Positions 32,801 to 45,883 of a stretch of DNA of 64,000 nt are shown in pieces. The notes beneath the pieces are model-generated. The model made no database searches. It was not told where the DNA came from and saw only the letters and a program-made list of their open reading frames with translations. The DNA comes from a virus. The position numbers were made by a program, and so were the translations under genes. Position 1 is the first letter of the stretch. The number at the start of each line of letters is the position of its first letter. Where the stretch lies: the IMG/VR virus record IMGVR_UViG_3300043411_000610, positions 26,678 through 90,677 of that record; one strand, written 5' to 3'.

Positions 32801-34364
32801 ACCAAATTATACAATAATGTCTCCATCTGTCAATTTTTAATTTAAATGTTAGCTTTTGTTAAAAACAAGTGTTGAAACTGCAATGCATCATTACCGTAAC
32901 GATAGGTGAAGTATGATTTTAGTGCTGGAACTTCTTTATATAAAGTTATCACAAGATTGTCCCTCACACAGAAAACATAATTACCTCGATGTATAAAATC
33001 CGTAGGCGCACAATCATACCTCAGTAACATATTTTTCAACTTGAAAAGTGGAGTAATATTTACTTTTTTAGCTTTTTTGATTGTATTTGTGAACAAAACA
33101 GATGCCCGCGTTAAATCCATACCTGGATGAAGGGAAACCCATTTATGTGCAGCATGTTTAGTTGGTAGCATCATCCGGTGTAATTTGTTTTTTAATTGTC
33201 ATACACATTGACTTATAATTTGAACGGTCTTCCATCCAGATTTGGATCAAATGATACAGAATATTATCAGAATCATCACCTAAATCAATCGGATCAATAT
33301 CAGATGGGTGTGTAAATTTCATTTCTTTTAGATCAAGCGCAACAATTGTTATGAAATGATACCAAAATCGCATTCCCTTAGATTCATTAACAAATTTCCA
33401 GATTAATGTGGTCGTATGTGAATCACAGTATTTGCGGAAATAGGTGTGAACTAACTGAGATGTTTCTGTAAGTTCTGATGAAAACTGTTGAACTGGACAC
33501 ATATTTTCTCTAAATTCTCTCAAATATTGCTCTGCCTGATTCACATGGCGCATAATAGAATATGGTTCAGTGTCCGCTCTTTCGGTCAAAAGCTCAGACA
33601 GTGCCTTGATTGCCCATGTAACTTCTTTACGATCCACATAGGCACGATATAATTTTTCAAAATCCGGTTTATTCATAGTCTAATCGTAGCGGTCTCCATC
33701 AAGTTTGTCAATTCAATTTTTAACTTACACAATAACTCATCAGTTGATAAAAGTGGCTTAGGCATGGCCGGACCTGATTGTCTGATTAGAAATGGGGTGC
33801 CATCAATTGTTTTGTTATACACCGGATTATATTTCTCTTCAACCATTGTAAATTCATGATCAATATCATCATAAGTATGATGCCACCCATCATCTGTATA
33901 TTCATAACCATTTTTAGCTAAAAATTTGGCACGTAGAACAGACAATTCGTGTTCTTTTTCTTTTTTATAAAATTCTGTCCATTCGTCACCCCAAGGACGA
34001 TGATCTCTGTGTGATCTAGTGTGGGAGAAATATGAAAAATATGGGACTCGTCCAAAATCATTGAGAAGGAATTCATAGATTTCTTTCGATGTTTCGGAAA
34101 TTTGGTGATGTATTTTAAGTATCATGGTTTTTTAAATCATATACCATTTTTCCCATGCCGCTAATGCATCTTCTGGTGTATTAAACACCACATCAGGATA
34201 ATAAGCATCTATTTTACCTCTACCCGCAAGATACCCTTTTGTTGCACCATTCATTAATGCGACTGCCCGTTTTTGGGTGTTATGGTCAAATTCAACATAG
34301 TATATGTATTCATTGATATTTTGATCTATTTTATACGAACGAGGAATTAACGTTGGACGATTCA

Positions 34365-34460
34365 TGTTGGACTATAAGCCAGGGAAATACAAAAGTCAAC
34401 AAAAACAGTTTTTTGCAAATAATACTTGACCGGGCAGAATAATGTGTTAGAATGTGGGCG
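34365..34460. promoter_or_regulatory. Divergent sigma70-type promoter pair at the strand switch
   Basis: - strand TTGACT-N17-TATAGT just upstream of ATG 34365; + strand TTGACC-N16-TAGAAT upstream of the gene starting at 34493. Confidence 0.7.
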
Positions 34461-36152
34461 TTCCAGAAAGGAATATAACAAAACAAACAAAAATGAATAC
34501 AACAGTAAAAACAGTAAACAGTGTAGTTACCGGAACTCCGGTAAAGGTCAATCCAGTGCAACTCGTCAAGTCTGCCGCCCGATATGGCACCAGTGTTGAC
34601 GAACTACTGGCATCATATGTGAGCACGCCAGACAAGCAGCATTTGGCAAGTCTAAACCTCACTCGTGAGGAAGTCGAAACACAATTCCCAAATATTCATC
34701 CGAATATTCTTAACAAGTTGCGGGTTTTCAAGAAGATTCGCAAGCCTCGCACACCAAAGGTTGTTGTAGAACCAACTCCAGTTGTTGTGACCGAAGTTGT
34801 GGACACAGCAGAAGAAGTTTTTGTCGTGACCGAAGAAGAACCTGTAACTGCCTAATATATGTCTGATAACCGCGCAATCGTAACCGTTATTCTTGGTGTT
34901 GCTTTTTTGGTTTTTCTATGTCTCACCATTTATAATGTGGAAACAGAAAATACAGCACGAGAAGCAATCAAGGCTGGATTGGTTCAAAAACGTGATCCAG
35001 GAAATATGCCTCCTATTTGGACTCGGCCTTAACACATAACCAGACGTTTAAAAAGCATGTTATATGTGAGTGGGTGACTTACGGAAATCCCACATTTTTT
35101 AAAATGAGCGCAATAAATTACTTGATTCTATTGGCATTAACTGATACATTAATAACTATTATGGAACACATTTTCGAACCAAAACTAGCAAAAATTAAGA
35201 ACGATTATAATATTGACGGAAATGCTGTCCCTGCACTAGGTTGTCTAGTTCTGGCCGGTGCGCCCATCGGTGTAATTATCATCACACTATTTTATCTAAT
35301 TTCAGACAAATATTTTTAAGTTATTGTAAATAAAACCGAAATGGACTTAGAAACATATGTTGCACAGTTGGAAGGAATGGTAGAAGATGATGGAATTGAA
35401 ATCAGTCCCAAGACCTTGGAAAGGCTTGCAAAACGAGCAATTCAACTAGTTCAAGACGAAGTATCAGAAGATGAAATTTTTGATGAACTAGCAGAAGTCT
35501 TGCCTAAGAAACATGCGAATGATGAAGCCGTGTGGGAAATGCTTTCTCAATTTTCAGAATTCGTGATAGCCGAATTGGGTAACACCGATATTCAAGATGA
35601 AGAAGAATAATTATTATTATGCAATATTCTGGTTAAATTTTGATAATTTTCGAGGAATTTTTGTGTCTGATAAAGAATATAAAAATTCGTCCGATATATG
35701 TAAACAATGGACAGAACAATCTAATTCAGATGATCATTATTCATCGTTTATTGCATTTGATGCTACTGGTGATACGGTAGTGAGTTATTCGGTTGACACA
35801 TAGTTAAAATCTCTAAAAGAAATGGGCTTTGATCAATATGCACAATCGTTTTTTAATTATGTAATGTCCTGGACATTGGTGAACGGCCAACATTTTGAAT
35901 ATTGGGTAAAGGCAATGGAAACGAAGAAATTGAACAATAATTCTTGACAAACCTTTAAGTCGTATTATGTTGTGGTATGAATATAATTAATGCTATTAAA
36001 AACTGGTGGGCAAATATTACTGCTGTTGAAATGTGCCCGGATTGTGGAAAATATGAGACTGATGTAGTATTTGGTTGCTGCGCCGAATGTTTTCTTAATG
36101 TTACAAACGAATAAATTATTTGACAGCAAATAAAGCTGGAGTATTATATCCC

Positions 36153-38084
36153 ATGATCCTAAACACAAAAACCGTTCCTACAATTATATCTGAGGGGATG
36201 GAATCGACTAAGGTAAACATTTCCGTTAAGAAGATTTCACAACTTCAGAGTGCTCTTCGAGATAAAGTTTATACTGATAAAATTCTGGCACCCGTGAGGG
36301 AAATATGTTGCAATGCGATTGATGAACATCGTAAGTTTAATATTGAACGCCCAGTTGAAATTGGAATGCGTTATAATGTTGATGGGACTTGCGAATTTTA
36401 TGTTCGTGACTTTGCCAAGGGCTTGTCTGATCACGACATTAAAAATATGTTGTATTGTTATATCGAATCTACAAAGGACACTTCTAATGAAGCAAACGGG
36501 GGATTTGGTATTGGAGCACTATCACCAAATGCATATACCGATACTTTTTATACCAATTCATATTTTAATGGAATAAAAACGGCTTATGTTATTACATTGG
36601 ATAGCGATGAACATGGATTACCAGTAGGAACGATCATCAATCTAGATTCTCAACCGACTGAAGAATCCGGGCTTGAAGTTATTGTTCCCATTACCAAAGG
36701 TGATTATCATAGATTTGCTCAAAAAATATATGATTTTGTTAGATTTTGCCCGTCCAGTATTGTTGCTAAAATCGAGGGTGAAGATGATCTGTTTCCGAAA
36801 CAATTTTCACTAGAAAGTATTAAGAAAGATTATAAATTTCGAATTTATGATTATTCATCTGATAATAGGAAGAATGTTCATTATCAGCAAGGTGATGTGA
36901 TCTACCGATCTGAATATTCGGAAAGTCTTAGAGACGGAAAGGTTTTGGTTATAAATATACCAATTGGTAGGCTAAGTCTTCCAATGTCTCGTGAAGCATT
37001 TGAAGACACTCGGGCAAACCAAAGAATTTTAGAAGATATTAAAAAATATATTGTAGAACTAGAAGATGAAGATATGGCGGGTTTCCGTAATTATTCGGTT
37101 GATGATCTACTAAAAGATCGTGAAGAAGATTATTTTAAAGGTCAGATTTTTACTTGTAAAAAGTCTAAAATCTTTCCCAATACTGCACAAATTTTGGGTG
37201 ATCTTCAAAAAACGATGTTTGGAGAAAATACGCCAGATTTTGAACTCCATGAAGGTAAGGTTGTGATCGGTATTATTCCTAATAATAAGGCAAAGGATAT
37301 GTGGCGAGATCGTCTAATGGATTATTCCAAAGAACAGAATAAACAATATTGGTCTATTGCTGATAATCCGCGTATTCAAGAAGATGTGCTTCCACAGATG
37401 ATCAAGGATCATTTTGTATTTAAGAAAGTGAAATCCAAGTTCTTTCCGCTACGAAAGGCCGAATCAGCAGGTAATAAAATGAGTTTCGTTGTTTATGAAA
37501 AGCATGAACGCTGGAACACACAAAAAGATTCTTATACTGCATTGGACTTGCACAATGCTGCACGTTCTAAATTAAAGTTGGAAGAAGCAGAAGATTTGGA
37601 AGAAGCGGCTCTTCAAATGCAAGAACAGCAGTATCCAGATTTTAAGACGCTTAATATGTTTACGATTAATGATCGTAATGCATATGGTTCAAAGTGTCCC
37701 TATTGGTGGACATCAAGCCAAAAAATGCGGGACCAAATGAAAGCCATTGGTTGGTTTATTTTACACGATGTAGAATATACCGAGATTTTTGAAGTATTAA
37801 AGAAAATTGAGGATAGAAAAACGGAAGAACGAGATTTGTTAGAAAATTGTTATCCTAGATATATTGACTGTCCGGTTGTGACAAAACGGAAAAATCTTAT
37901 ACCCAAGAGACTGGACCGAGCACGAAAGATCAAAACTATGTTGAAAAATATGGAGTCCGAAAATTCACTTAGGGGTAAAATTCTCAAAGGTTTGAGTAGT
38001 AATTATTATGGTCCGAAAATTGATCGGCATGAATTGCGCAATATTTTGAACATCCGGTTGACAACCAAACCAGTTGGTGTATAA
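36153..38084 (+). CDS. rIIA: rIIA-like protein with N-terminal GHKL ATPase domain
   Basis: VY.DKILA.VREI.CNA.D.H, RDFAKGLS, STK, GGFGIG..SP.AYTD.F and SRE motifs; upstream of rIIB. Start reset to ATG 36153. Confidence 0.88.
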   Translation: MILNTKTVPTIISEGMESTKVNISVKKISQLQSALRDKVYTDKILAPVREICCNAIDEHRKFNIERPVEIGMRYNVDGTCEFYVRDFAKGLSDHDIKNMLYCYIESTKDTSNEANGGFGIGALSPNAYTDTFYTNSYFNGIKTAYVITLDSDEHGLPVGTIINLDSQPTEESGLEVIVPITKGDYHRFAQKIYDFVRFCPSSIVAKIEGEDDLFPKQFSLESIKKDYKFRIYDYSSDNRKNVHYQQGDVIYRSEYSESLRDGKVLVINIPIGRLSLPMSREAFEDTRANQRILEDIKKYIVELEDEDMAGFRNYSVDDLLKDREEDYFKGQIFTCKKSKIFPNTAQILGDLQKTMFGENTPDFELHEGKVVIGIIPNNKAKDMWRDRLMDYSKEQNKQYWSIADNPRIQEDVLPQMIKDHFVFKKVKSKFFPLRKAESAGNKMSFVVYEKHERWNTQKDSYTALDLHNAARSKLKLEEAEDLEEAALQMQEQQYPDFKTLNMFTINDRNAYGSKCPYWWTSSQKMRDQMKAIGWFILHDVEYTEIFEVLKKIEDRKTEERDLLENCYPRYIDCPVVTKRKNLIPKRLDRARKIKTMLKNMESENSLRGKILKGLSSNYYGPKIDRHELRNILNIRLTTKPVGV

Positions 38085-38345
38085 TAAAATATGACTAAAC
38101 CACTTACATTTGAAGAATACTGGATTCAGTGCTACAAAAATCTCCCACCTGATAACCGATTCCATGATGTATTTAAAACCGTTATCAAAAATACTTGGAA
38201 CCGAGCGATGATGGAAGCTGTCCTGGTTTGTAATAACATGGAAGAACAATATGAAGAATCATGTATTCTTGACAAAGATGTGATACTTGATATTGCGGTA
38301 GAAATCGAATCACTAAAATCAGAATAAAAACAAATAAACAAACAT

Positions 38346-39443
38346 ATGGCAGCACACATTATTAATCCACATGCGATCATCCTAATTATCAACAATATTA
38401 GGTATCGGGTAGAAAAATCGGATAATCGTTATGCAACTATTATTAAGAAACTAGATGCATCTGATGAAGAATTGTTGCATATCTTAGAAAACCGAAAAGT
38501 TAAGGATGATGCGGTAAAAGCTGGATTTGTTATCACCGATAATGAAGTAACCTACAAGGGTGAAAAACTTCCTGATGTTTTGGCAAAGAAAATTCGTAGC
38601 ATCTATAATGAAGGACTTCCACTTTCATTGTTTGAAAAGTTTTGGGAAAATCTGAATCAAAATCCGAGTAGAAATTCGGTTGAGCAGCTTTATGATTTCT
38701 TGTCGTATCGTGAACTGCCCATTTGCGAAACTGGTGAATTTATTGCATACAAGGGTGTTACTATGGATTATTGGTCGATTAAGGGAAATACTGAAACGAT
38801 TGTAGAACAAGGTCGAGCCAATTCAAAGGGCCAAATTTATAATGGGATCGGAGAAAAGATTCGGATTAAGCGCAATCGTATGAGTGAAGATCGTGGGGTA
38901 AGTTGCGACGCATCTTCAACACATATTGGATCACTAGAATATGCAAAAGATTGGGCATCATCACATAACGGACGAGTGGTAATCGTAAAGGCTAATCCCG
39001 CTGATGTGGTATCTGTTCCTACTGATTGTCAAGCGCAAAAATGTCGGGTTAGTGCATACGAAGTGATCGGTGATTATGTAGAAGAAATTATGGTTCCTGT
39101 TTTGGACGAGGAACACCAACCTATTCTTTCAAAAGATCATGTTGAACGAAAAGCCGTGACTAAAGAACGTTCAAAAGCGGTCGAACGTGTAGAGAATTAT
39201 ATTCGTAGTAAAAACGAACAAGGTTATGATACGCTAACAATTCGCCAAATTCAGTCTATCTTTTCACCAAATTGGCCTACTAAACAAGAAATTCTGGATA
39301 TTTTACAAGAATTGGAATATTCTTGGAACGGTGATATTGTTCAGATTCAGGGATTTGATCAATATGTTGATGATGAAAAAAGATGGTATTACAACAGTGC
39401 TGATTGGTATGATGATGGTTATGGTGAAGACCATGATGCATAA
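38346..39443 (+). CDS. rIIB: rIIB-like protein
   Basis: FWENL.QNPS..SV.QLY.FL, G.FIAYKGV and NP.DVVSVP.D....K.RV..YEV motifs. Confidence 0.9.
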   Translation: MAAHIINPHAIILIINNIRYRVEKSDNRYATIIKKLDASDEELLHILENRKVKDDAVKAGFVITDNEVTYKGEKLPDVLAKKIRSIYNEGLPLSLFEKFWENLNQNPSRNSVEQLYDFLSYRELPICETGEFIAYKGVTMDYWSIKGNTETIVEQGRANSKGQIYNGIGEKIRIKRNRMSEDRGVSCDASSTHIGSLEYAKDWASSHNGRVVIVKANPADVVSVPTDCQAQKCRVSAYEVIGDYVEEIMVPVLDEEHQPILSKDHVERKAVTKERSKAVERVENYIRSKNEQGYDTLTIRQIQSIFSPNWPTKQEILDILQELEYSWNGDIVQIQGFDQYVDDEKRWYYNSADWYDDGYGEDHDA

Positions 39444-39452
39444 TTAAATTGG

Positions 39453-39484
39453 AAAACGGGGAGGCTAAAATCTCCCCGTTTTTT
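39453..39484 (+). terminator. Rho-independent terminator after rIIB
   Basis: AAAACGGGGAG-gctaaaat-CTCCCCGTTTTTT. Confidence 0.88.
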
Positions 39485-39519
39485 GGTTGACAGAGTGTGT
39501 AAATGTGATATTATAATAC

Positions 39520-39831
39520 ATGACTGATTTAGAAATCTGTAAGAAAATGACGGGCTTGGCAGCAAGTGCTGGTTCTCGAAATATTCCTTTTGCTCTATCT
39601 TTTAGAAAACTGAAGTATTTGCTGAATCAAAAAACTTGCTATTTTACTAAAAATATTTTTGACTATACTGATCAAGGTCGTCGTAGTATTGATCGGCTTG
39701 ATCCTAATAAAGGATACACTGACGATAATGTGGTGGCTACAACTGTCCGAATTAATGGATTGCGATCAAATATCACTCCTATAGAGATTAAACAAATGTA
39801 TTTGCGAATGAAAAAGAGGAAAATGATTTGA
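39520..39831 (+). CDS. Small HNH-like endonuclease
   Basis: CYFT ... SIDRLDPNKGYTDDNVV.....N..RS motif. Confidence 0.7.
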   Translation: MTDLEICKKMTGLAASAGSRNIPFALSFRKLKYLLNQKTCYFTKNIFDYTDQGRRSIDRLDPNKGYTDDNVVATTVRINGLRSNITPIEIKQMYLRMKKRKMI

Positions 39832-40634
39832 CAAATTATACAACTAACTTATAATAAAACATATGGGATACGAATCACGACTTATTATTGGAATAACAAC
39901 CACTTTTGATGCGATCAACACCAGAACCGAAAAACCGGATTCGCGCTATAAATGGTTCCAGGTGTATGCAGAAATCAATGTGTCTAAAATGGATGGACTA
40001 GATATTCCACCTAATCTACAAAAAGTTTTTATTTACGGTTTTGATGGGAATACCCAAATCAAAAAAGATAAATATGGTGATCAACTGGTCGCAATCCCTG
40101 CTAGAATTGTTCTCAATCAACTGATAGCAAAGGACGCAGAATACGGTGATCATATGCGACTCAAATGGACAATTTCTTTGATTGAACATATGATTGAATT
40201 GTCTGGTGAAAGAGAAAATATTGAAATCGTTCATTTTGGATATTAATTATGAAATATTGGGTAATTCGATATTTTAATTTTGATGATCGTGTTTGGAATA
40301 CAAAGACCGTTTTTTCGTCACATATACCAGAACATTATTTTTGTGGACCATTTGAGTTTGAATCAGAAGCCAATGCTAATCATTAAAATAATATGAGATA
40401 TAAAATTCTTTCAAATTGGTTGGGAATTAGTTATGGCATGTGTTATTATTTGATGGATACCAATCAAAAAGCTAATTTTACACTAAATTACCCAGAATCA
40501 ACAGGTCATAAATTGATTAAATGGTCGTATAATGGTAAAGAAATTTACGATCTTTGTAAGTCTGTGAATGAATCAGTTGACAGCATTTAAATCCGTGATA
40601 TTATACCAAACAATCTACACAACAAATATAAAAA

Positions 40635-41639
40635 GTGTCTGCACTACAACAATCAAATCTAGGTAAAATTTTTGCGGAATATAATGGAATGACGGCAGAA
40701 CAGGTGTTTATTCCTCCGTTCTTTTATACGAGGCACAGATCAGGTATAGAATCGCTTGATGTGATTTTTGGAGGGAGGGAAAATCCTGGATTGCGCCCAT
40801 GCACAAACGTTATGTTATCCGCAGTTAGAGGCGGTGGTAAAACAACGATGTTAATTCAGCTATTGTCTGCATATGTTGATAATGGAGTAAAAGCCGCATA
40901 TATTTCAAACGAAGAATCTATTCCAGAAGTATCTATACTATGCCATCGTTTAGGTAAAACGAATATTCCGTTATACAATGAAAACGATGTTGATGCGATA
41001 ATGAGCATGATTGATCAACATAAACTGGACGTGATCGTCATTGATAGTTTTAATGGGTTGACAACTAAACGTGTGGATAAAAAGAAATCAGAATATGCAA
41101 TTGTTCAACTCATGAACCGTATTGCCGATTATAAGAATGGACATCCATGTTCTGTCATTATGTGTGTTCATGCCCTGGCTGATGGCTCGGGTGCTAAGAC
41201 AGGTGTTGGAAGTCAACTAGGGCACTGCTTACATATGGTTATGCAAATTGATAAATTAGAGGGCAAGAACAATCCATACGAATTAGATAATGTTCGTAAA
41301 ATTTATACTGACAAAAATAGAACAGGTCAGTTAGAAAAAATGGCATTTCAACTAACTTCCACAGGCTATGATTTCACCAATCCATTACAACCAGTTGAGG
41401 AAGAAAAAGATGAAAAATCTGATGGACGTTCGGCTGAAAAAAATAGACGAATTGATGCAATTTTGTTGAAATTATTGGATAGTGATAAAGTTTCTTTAGA
41501 AGATGTGACGAATATGAATATCTGTTCTGAACAAGTTGCACGTCTAGACCTAAAATTTTTGGAAGATCAGAAAAAGGCTGAAAAAATAGGTCGAGGTAAA
41601 AATGGTTATTGGCAAAAAATGATTGACAAACAAGTATAG
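40635..41639 (+). CDS. RadA/Sms-like RecA-family ATPase
   Basis: SGIESLD.IFGG, Walker A GGGKTT, YISNEES, Walker B VIVIDS and KNR motifs. Confidence 0.82.
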   Translation: MSALQQSNLGKIFAEYNGMTAEQVFIPPFFYTRHRSGIESLDVIFGGRENPGLRPCTNVMLSAVRGGGKTTMLIQLLSAYVDNGVKAAYISNEESIPEVSILCHRLGKTNIPLYNENDVDAIMSMIDQHKLDVIVIDSFNGLTTKRVDKKKSEYAIVQLMNRIADYKNGHPCSVIMCVHALADGSGAKTGVGSQLGHCLHMVMQIDKLEGKNNPYELDNVRKIYTDKNRTGQLEKMAFQLTSTGYDFTNPLQPVEEEKDEKSDGRSAEKNRRIDAILLKLLDSDKVSLEDVTNMNICSEQVARLDLKFLEDQKKAEKIGRGKNGYWQKMIDKQV

Positions 41640-43340
41640 TGCAGTATATTTCATCATGAACGATAAACTTATCTATGTCTATTATTTAGCCAAGCAAGCT
41701 GAATATTATTCAAACACTAATAAGGCAGGTGGAACATATAATGACTTTACTAAAAACCGTGAATACTGGAAGGTGAATTATGTGGACATTGCTGGTGTTA
41801 AAGTCAGATATACTGAAATTTCAGATACACCCCAAGATGTGACTTCTGGATGGGGCGATTACGTCCTATTAGGAACAATCCCTATTTATACCCATATCAT
41901 TCATACAAATGAAAATTGGTAACTACTATGCAACTATATCAACTACTTTACGGAAAATCTAAATCCAAAATGAAAGTTATCATGGTGGATGAAAAGAAAA
42001 AGTGTGAGAACTATATGCGAGCGCGTGAGCCAATGTGTAAAGGCTGGCATAAAATTGAGATCGCTCCACCAAATTCTGATGTTTGGAAACAGAAATCTGC
42101 AACCATTGGTGGTAATCAAAATAATTGTGGACCTACTAGAATTAATAGACATGGAAAACCACAAATTGCGGGATATATTGGCAAAAACGGCTTTAACGCC
42201 CACACATAATTATGAAAAAACAAGATATCAAAATTGGTAAACGATATAAAATCAATTCGTTTGAAGCTGACGGCGTGACTCCTTGGTCTGGAATTGCAGA
42301 GGTTTTGGAATTTAGTCCACCAAATTTTCCAAAAAGAACAGTATTGGCATTGTGCGAAGACGGAGTGGAATGTTGCTTTGCATACAATGAATTCGTTGAA
42401 GAACATATTCCAACTCCACAAAAATATATTGCGGAGATTTCAAAACTTTCTAAACAATATGGATATTCTATTTCACACGAAGATACACACGGTTCATTTA
42501 TTATTGAGCCTTACGATGAGAACAATATTGATTGGCTAAAAGGGGCTAGTATCAAAACATGAAACTATTACAATATATTGTATCTTTACTGGCTATCTGG
42601 TATATGATCGCTGCACTAACATGCAGCATTAGACATCCTTGGATGACTGAAATGGAAATAGTCCAGAATTTTTCAAAAGTATTGATGTTCAACAAATTTA
42701 ATTACAAACAAACAAGACAAGATTATGAAAATTAAAGTAACACAAAAACATATTGACAAAGCCCGAGAAATTTATCAAAAACAAGATGGTAGGCTGATTT
42801 CTGGTCATTGTCCTATTGCACTGGCAGTTAAAGAACATATTCATCGGTGGGTCAGTGTGTCACCAGATAAGGTAAAATATCTTTCTTCATCGGGAAATCT
42901 ACAATCATTTTCTTTGCCAGAAAATGCACGAAAATTTGTTGATCAATTTGATGATCATTTGATGCATAATTATAAAGCGTGTCCTAAACCATTTACTTTT
43001 AGTATCTAATGAAAAAAGATAAGATATTCACTTATAATGATCTAAAACAATTTGTGCTGTCTCAACGAGATGACAGGCCGATTGTGATGAATGTTGCGGA
43101 CGATCCATATAATTGTGGATGTGTGCTAGCACATTATGCCCGAAAGATTTTTAAAAAACAGGTCACTAATGTTGGGTTTGCAATGGCTGTAGCGGGCAAA
43201 ACATATTTGTGTGCATCTACTGATGATTATTCAAAAGTATTTGATTATGTTTCAAAACTTGTATATCGAAGAATTGAAAATTATGGGCAGGCAAAAAGAT
43301 TGTTGAATTGACAAAAAATAATTTCGTGGTATAGTTCCGT

Positions 43341-43745
43341 ATGAACTCCGCTACTAAAGAACGTCTCATTCGGATTGCACGGTCAATGAAAGACTCGCAT
43401 CAGACTGGAAGAACATTCCATATGTCTTTCATCACACATCGCAGGAAGTTGCTTGTATGGGCTACAAATGACTATCGGCATCGCCATCTTTCCCATGTAT
43501 TTGGCCAATATCTGTCAACCAAATATAGTAATGGGCTTTACATTGCTAGCCGTCATTCAGAATCAGCCGTGATTAAAAAGTTTGTTAATAAGTTTGGACA
43601 TTCAGATTTTAGCGGACTAACATTGTTCAATGTTCGGATTGGTAATGATGGAAATCCAATGCTTGCCGCACCATGTCAAAACTGTGATCGAATTTTTATT
43701 CAACCTAATAATTTTAAAGAAGTTTTATGGACGACCGGCGAATAA
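43341..43745 (+). CDS. Zinc-dependent deaminase-like protein (CDA/dCMP deaminase fold)
   Basis: RHSE...APCQNC zinc motifs. Confidence 0.65.
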   Translation: MNSATKERLIRIARSMKDSHQTGRTFHMSFITHRRKLLVWATNDYRHRHLSHVFGQYLSTKYSNGLYIASRHSESAVIKKFVNKFGHSDFSGLTLFNVRIGNDGNPMLAAPCQNCDRIFIQPNNFKEVLWTTGE

Positions 43746-44935
43746 ACAATTGACAAGCAACAAAAACAGTGTATAATAAACACATGATGACACCACTAAA
43801 CAAAACACACGAAGGATGCACGGCTCTTTTGGCTTCTGCATATCCAGATAAATCTCGCATAGTCTATAAAATTGAGAAAATTGATGAAGCATCTCAGACT
43901 ATGGAATTTCGATATAAACAAACGGATGGGAAGTTCAGTGAAGAGACTTTCTATCGTTGCTACAACGGTTATCATGTGGTCGAACTTAAAGCTCGATATG
44001 ATAAACCTGTTAAATTCTTTACCGAATTGAAGATCGCCGCTATCGAATTTATTCATCGGCTGATGGGAAATATTGGTTTTAAAATGAAGTAAAATATGAT
44101 TATTTTAGTCAAACATTTGACAACGGGCACACCTATCCAGGTAGAAATTCCAGAAGGATATATGTTGACCGTGGATTACAATCAAGTTATTCATCTAATG
44201 GATGGTAAAGATCAGTTTTTGGTTTTTGATCAATTCACCCGAAAGTTTTTGACACCTGATGAATATGGATTTAAAAATGATGGCATTCGATATATGACTG
44301 TTCATGATAAACCAGTAAAAGTGGGTGACACGTTTTTGGTTGTAGAAAAAATTAGATACTAACTATGAAAACCAAATTATCAGATATTGCGGAACAAATT
44401 GAACTAGGATTGTCATTTGCACTAGACAAATCAGAGATTCCGACATATAATTCTTGTTATATAGATGACGAACTACTATGGTTTGTTGGTCATTCGGATG
44501 ATGAAGAATATGTGATTGCACTTCCACTTGACCAAGAAGTTGAATATAAAGACGGAACTCTTCTGGCAACAAATGATCTAGGCCAATCCGAGGAAATTCG
44601 GTTGTTTGTTGCGACACCCATGAAATTTGCAGACCATGAATAATATTGATAAAATTAAATCGTTTGATGAAACCGAATGGATTCCAGAAATGTCTTCTGG
44701 ACACCCTGGTTATCGCAATAAAAAGACCGGCGAATGGATATATTCCAAACAATTTTATAAAATGGATATGTTAGTCTCTTTGTTTGAAGAAAAGCTCAAA
44801 TTTCTTCATGAGTTTAGATGCGATGCACTACCATTTGGTGAATATCCTGATTATGTCCTTTTGGAATTCCTGAACAAATATTTTGACAAACAAGTAAAAG
44901 AATGTTATAATTAACTCTCAAACAAATAAAATAAA

Positions 44936-45883
44936 ATGAAAAACGTATATTGTAAAACACTGCAAGAGTTCAATGATCTTCCAAAATCATTTACTGAATT
45001 TACAATTATTCACATTCAGTTTTCTGACTGGGTGAGTGTTGTAGCACGGGAAAATTCTAGGGTTGTAGCATGGGAAAATTCTAGTGTTGTAGCACGGGAA
45101 AATTCTAGGGTTGTAGCACGGGAAAATTCTAGGGTTGTAGCACGGGAAAATTCTAGTGTTGTAGCATGGGAAAATTCTAGTGTTGAAGCATGGGGAAATT
45201 CTAGTGTTGAAGCATGGGGAAATTCTAGTGTTGAAGCATGGGGAAATTCTAGTGTTGTAGCATGGGGAAATTCTAGTGTTGTAGCATGGGGAAATTCTAG
45301 GGTTGTAGCATGGGGAAATTCTAGTGTTGAAGCATGGGGAAATTCTAGTGTTGAAGCACGGGGAAATTCTAGGGTTATCAATCAATCGGTGTTCACTGAT
45401 TTGTCTATCATGTTCTATGCAGTTTGTTTTATGGTTCAAAAAACAAAGAACCTTAAAAGAGCAAAAACAGCAACCATCATTAATCCAAATTATGACAACA
45501 CGATTAGTAAATTCATTGAACTAAATGATGTTAAGAAATTGAATTCCGATCATGTCTTACTATATAAACGAGTTTCAGTCGATCTTAAAACACAAGAAGA
45601 AACTAAAAATGAAACCGTTTGGTGCATTGGTAAAAAAATGGAAGTTCCTGTATGGAGTCCCGAAAAAGAATGTGGTGCTGGAAAATTTCATGCATGTTCC
45701 AGAACATTCTTTTGTGATGAATTTAGATATGCTAAAGCGGATGACCGATATATTGCGATTAGTGTGAAAATTTCAGACCTTTATACCCACAAGAACCCAC
45801 AATATCCGCATAAGATTGCATTTAGAAAGGGTCGAGTGCTATATGAAGTTGATCGCGACGGTAAAAAGAAAGAGAAGGTTTAA
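44936..45883 (+). CDS. Octapeptide-repeat (beta-solenoid-like) phage protein
   Basis: 14 x V[VE]A[RW][EG]NS[RS], followed by a LYKRV...ECG.G.FH domain. Confidence 0.8.
   Translation: MKNVYCKTLQEFNDLPKSFTEFTIIHIQFSDWVSVVARENSRVVAWENSSVVARENSRVVARENSRVVARENSSVVAWENSSVEAWGNSSVEAWGNSSVEAWGNSSVVAWGNSSVVAWGNSRVVAWGNSSVEAWGNSSVEARGNSRVINQSVFTDLSIMFYAVCFMVQKTKNLKRAKTATIINPNYDNTISKFIELNDVKKLNSDHVLLYKRVSVDLKTQEETKNETVWCIGKKMEVPVWSPEKECGAGKFHACSRTFFCDEFRYAKADDRYIAISVKISDLYTHKNPQYPHKIAFRKGRVLYEVDRDGKKKEKV
45038..45373 (+). repeat. Coding tandem repeat, 14 x 24 nt
   Basis: Unit GTTG[T/A]AGCA[C/T]GGG[A/G]AAATTCTAG[G/T]. Confidence 0.95.

Noticed and set aside
5049-33700. Many short + strand ORFs opposite the - strand genes (and - strand ORFs opposite + genes after 34.5 kb)
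   Set aside because: They are shadow ORFs overlapping well-supported genes on the other strand.
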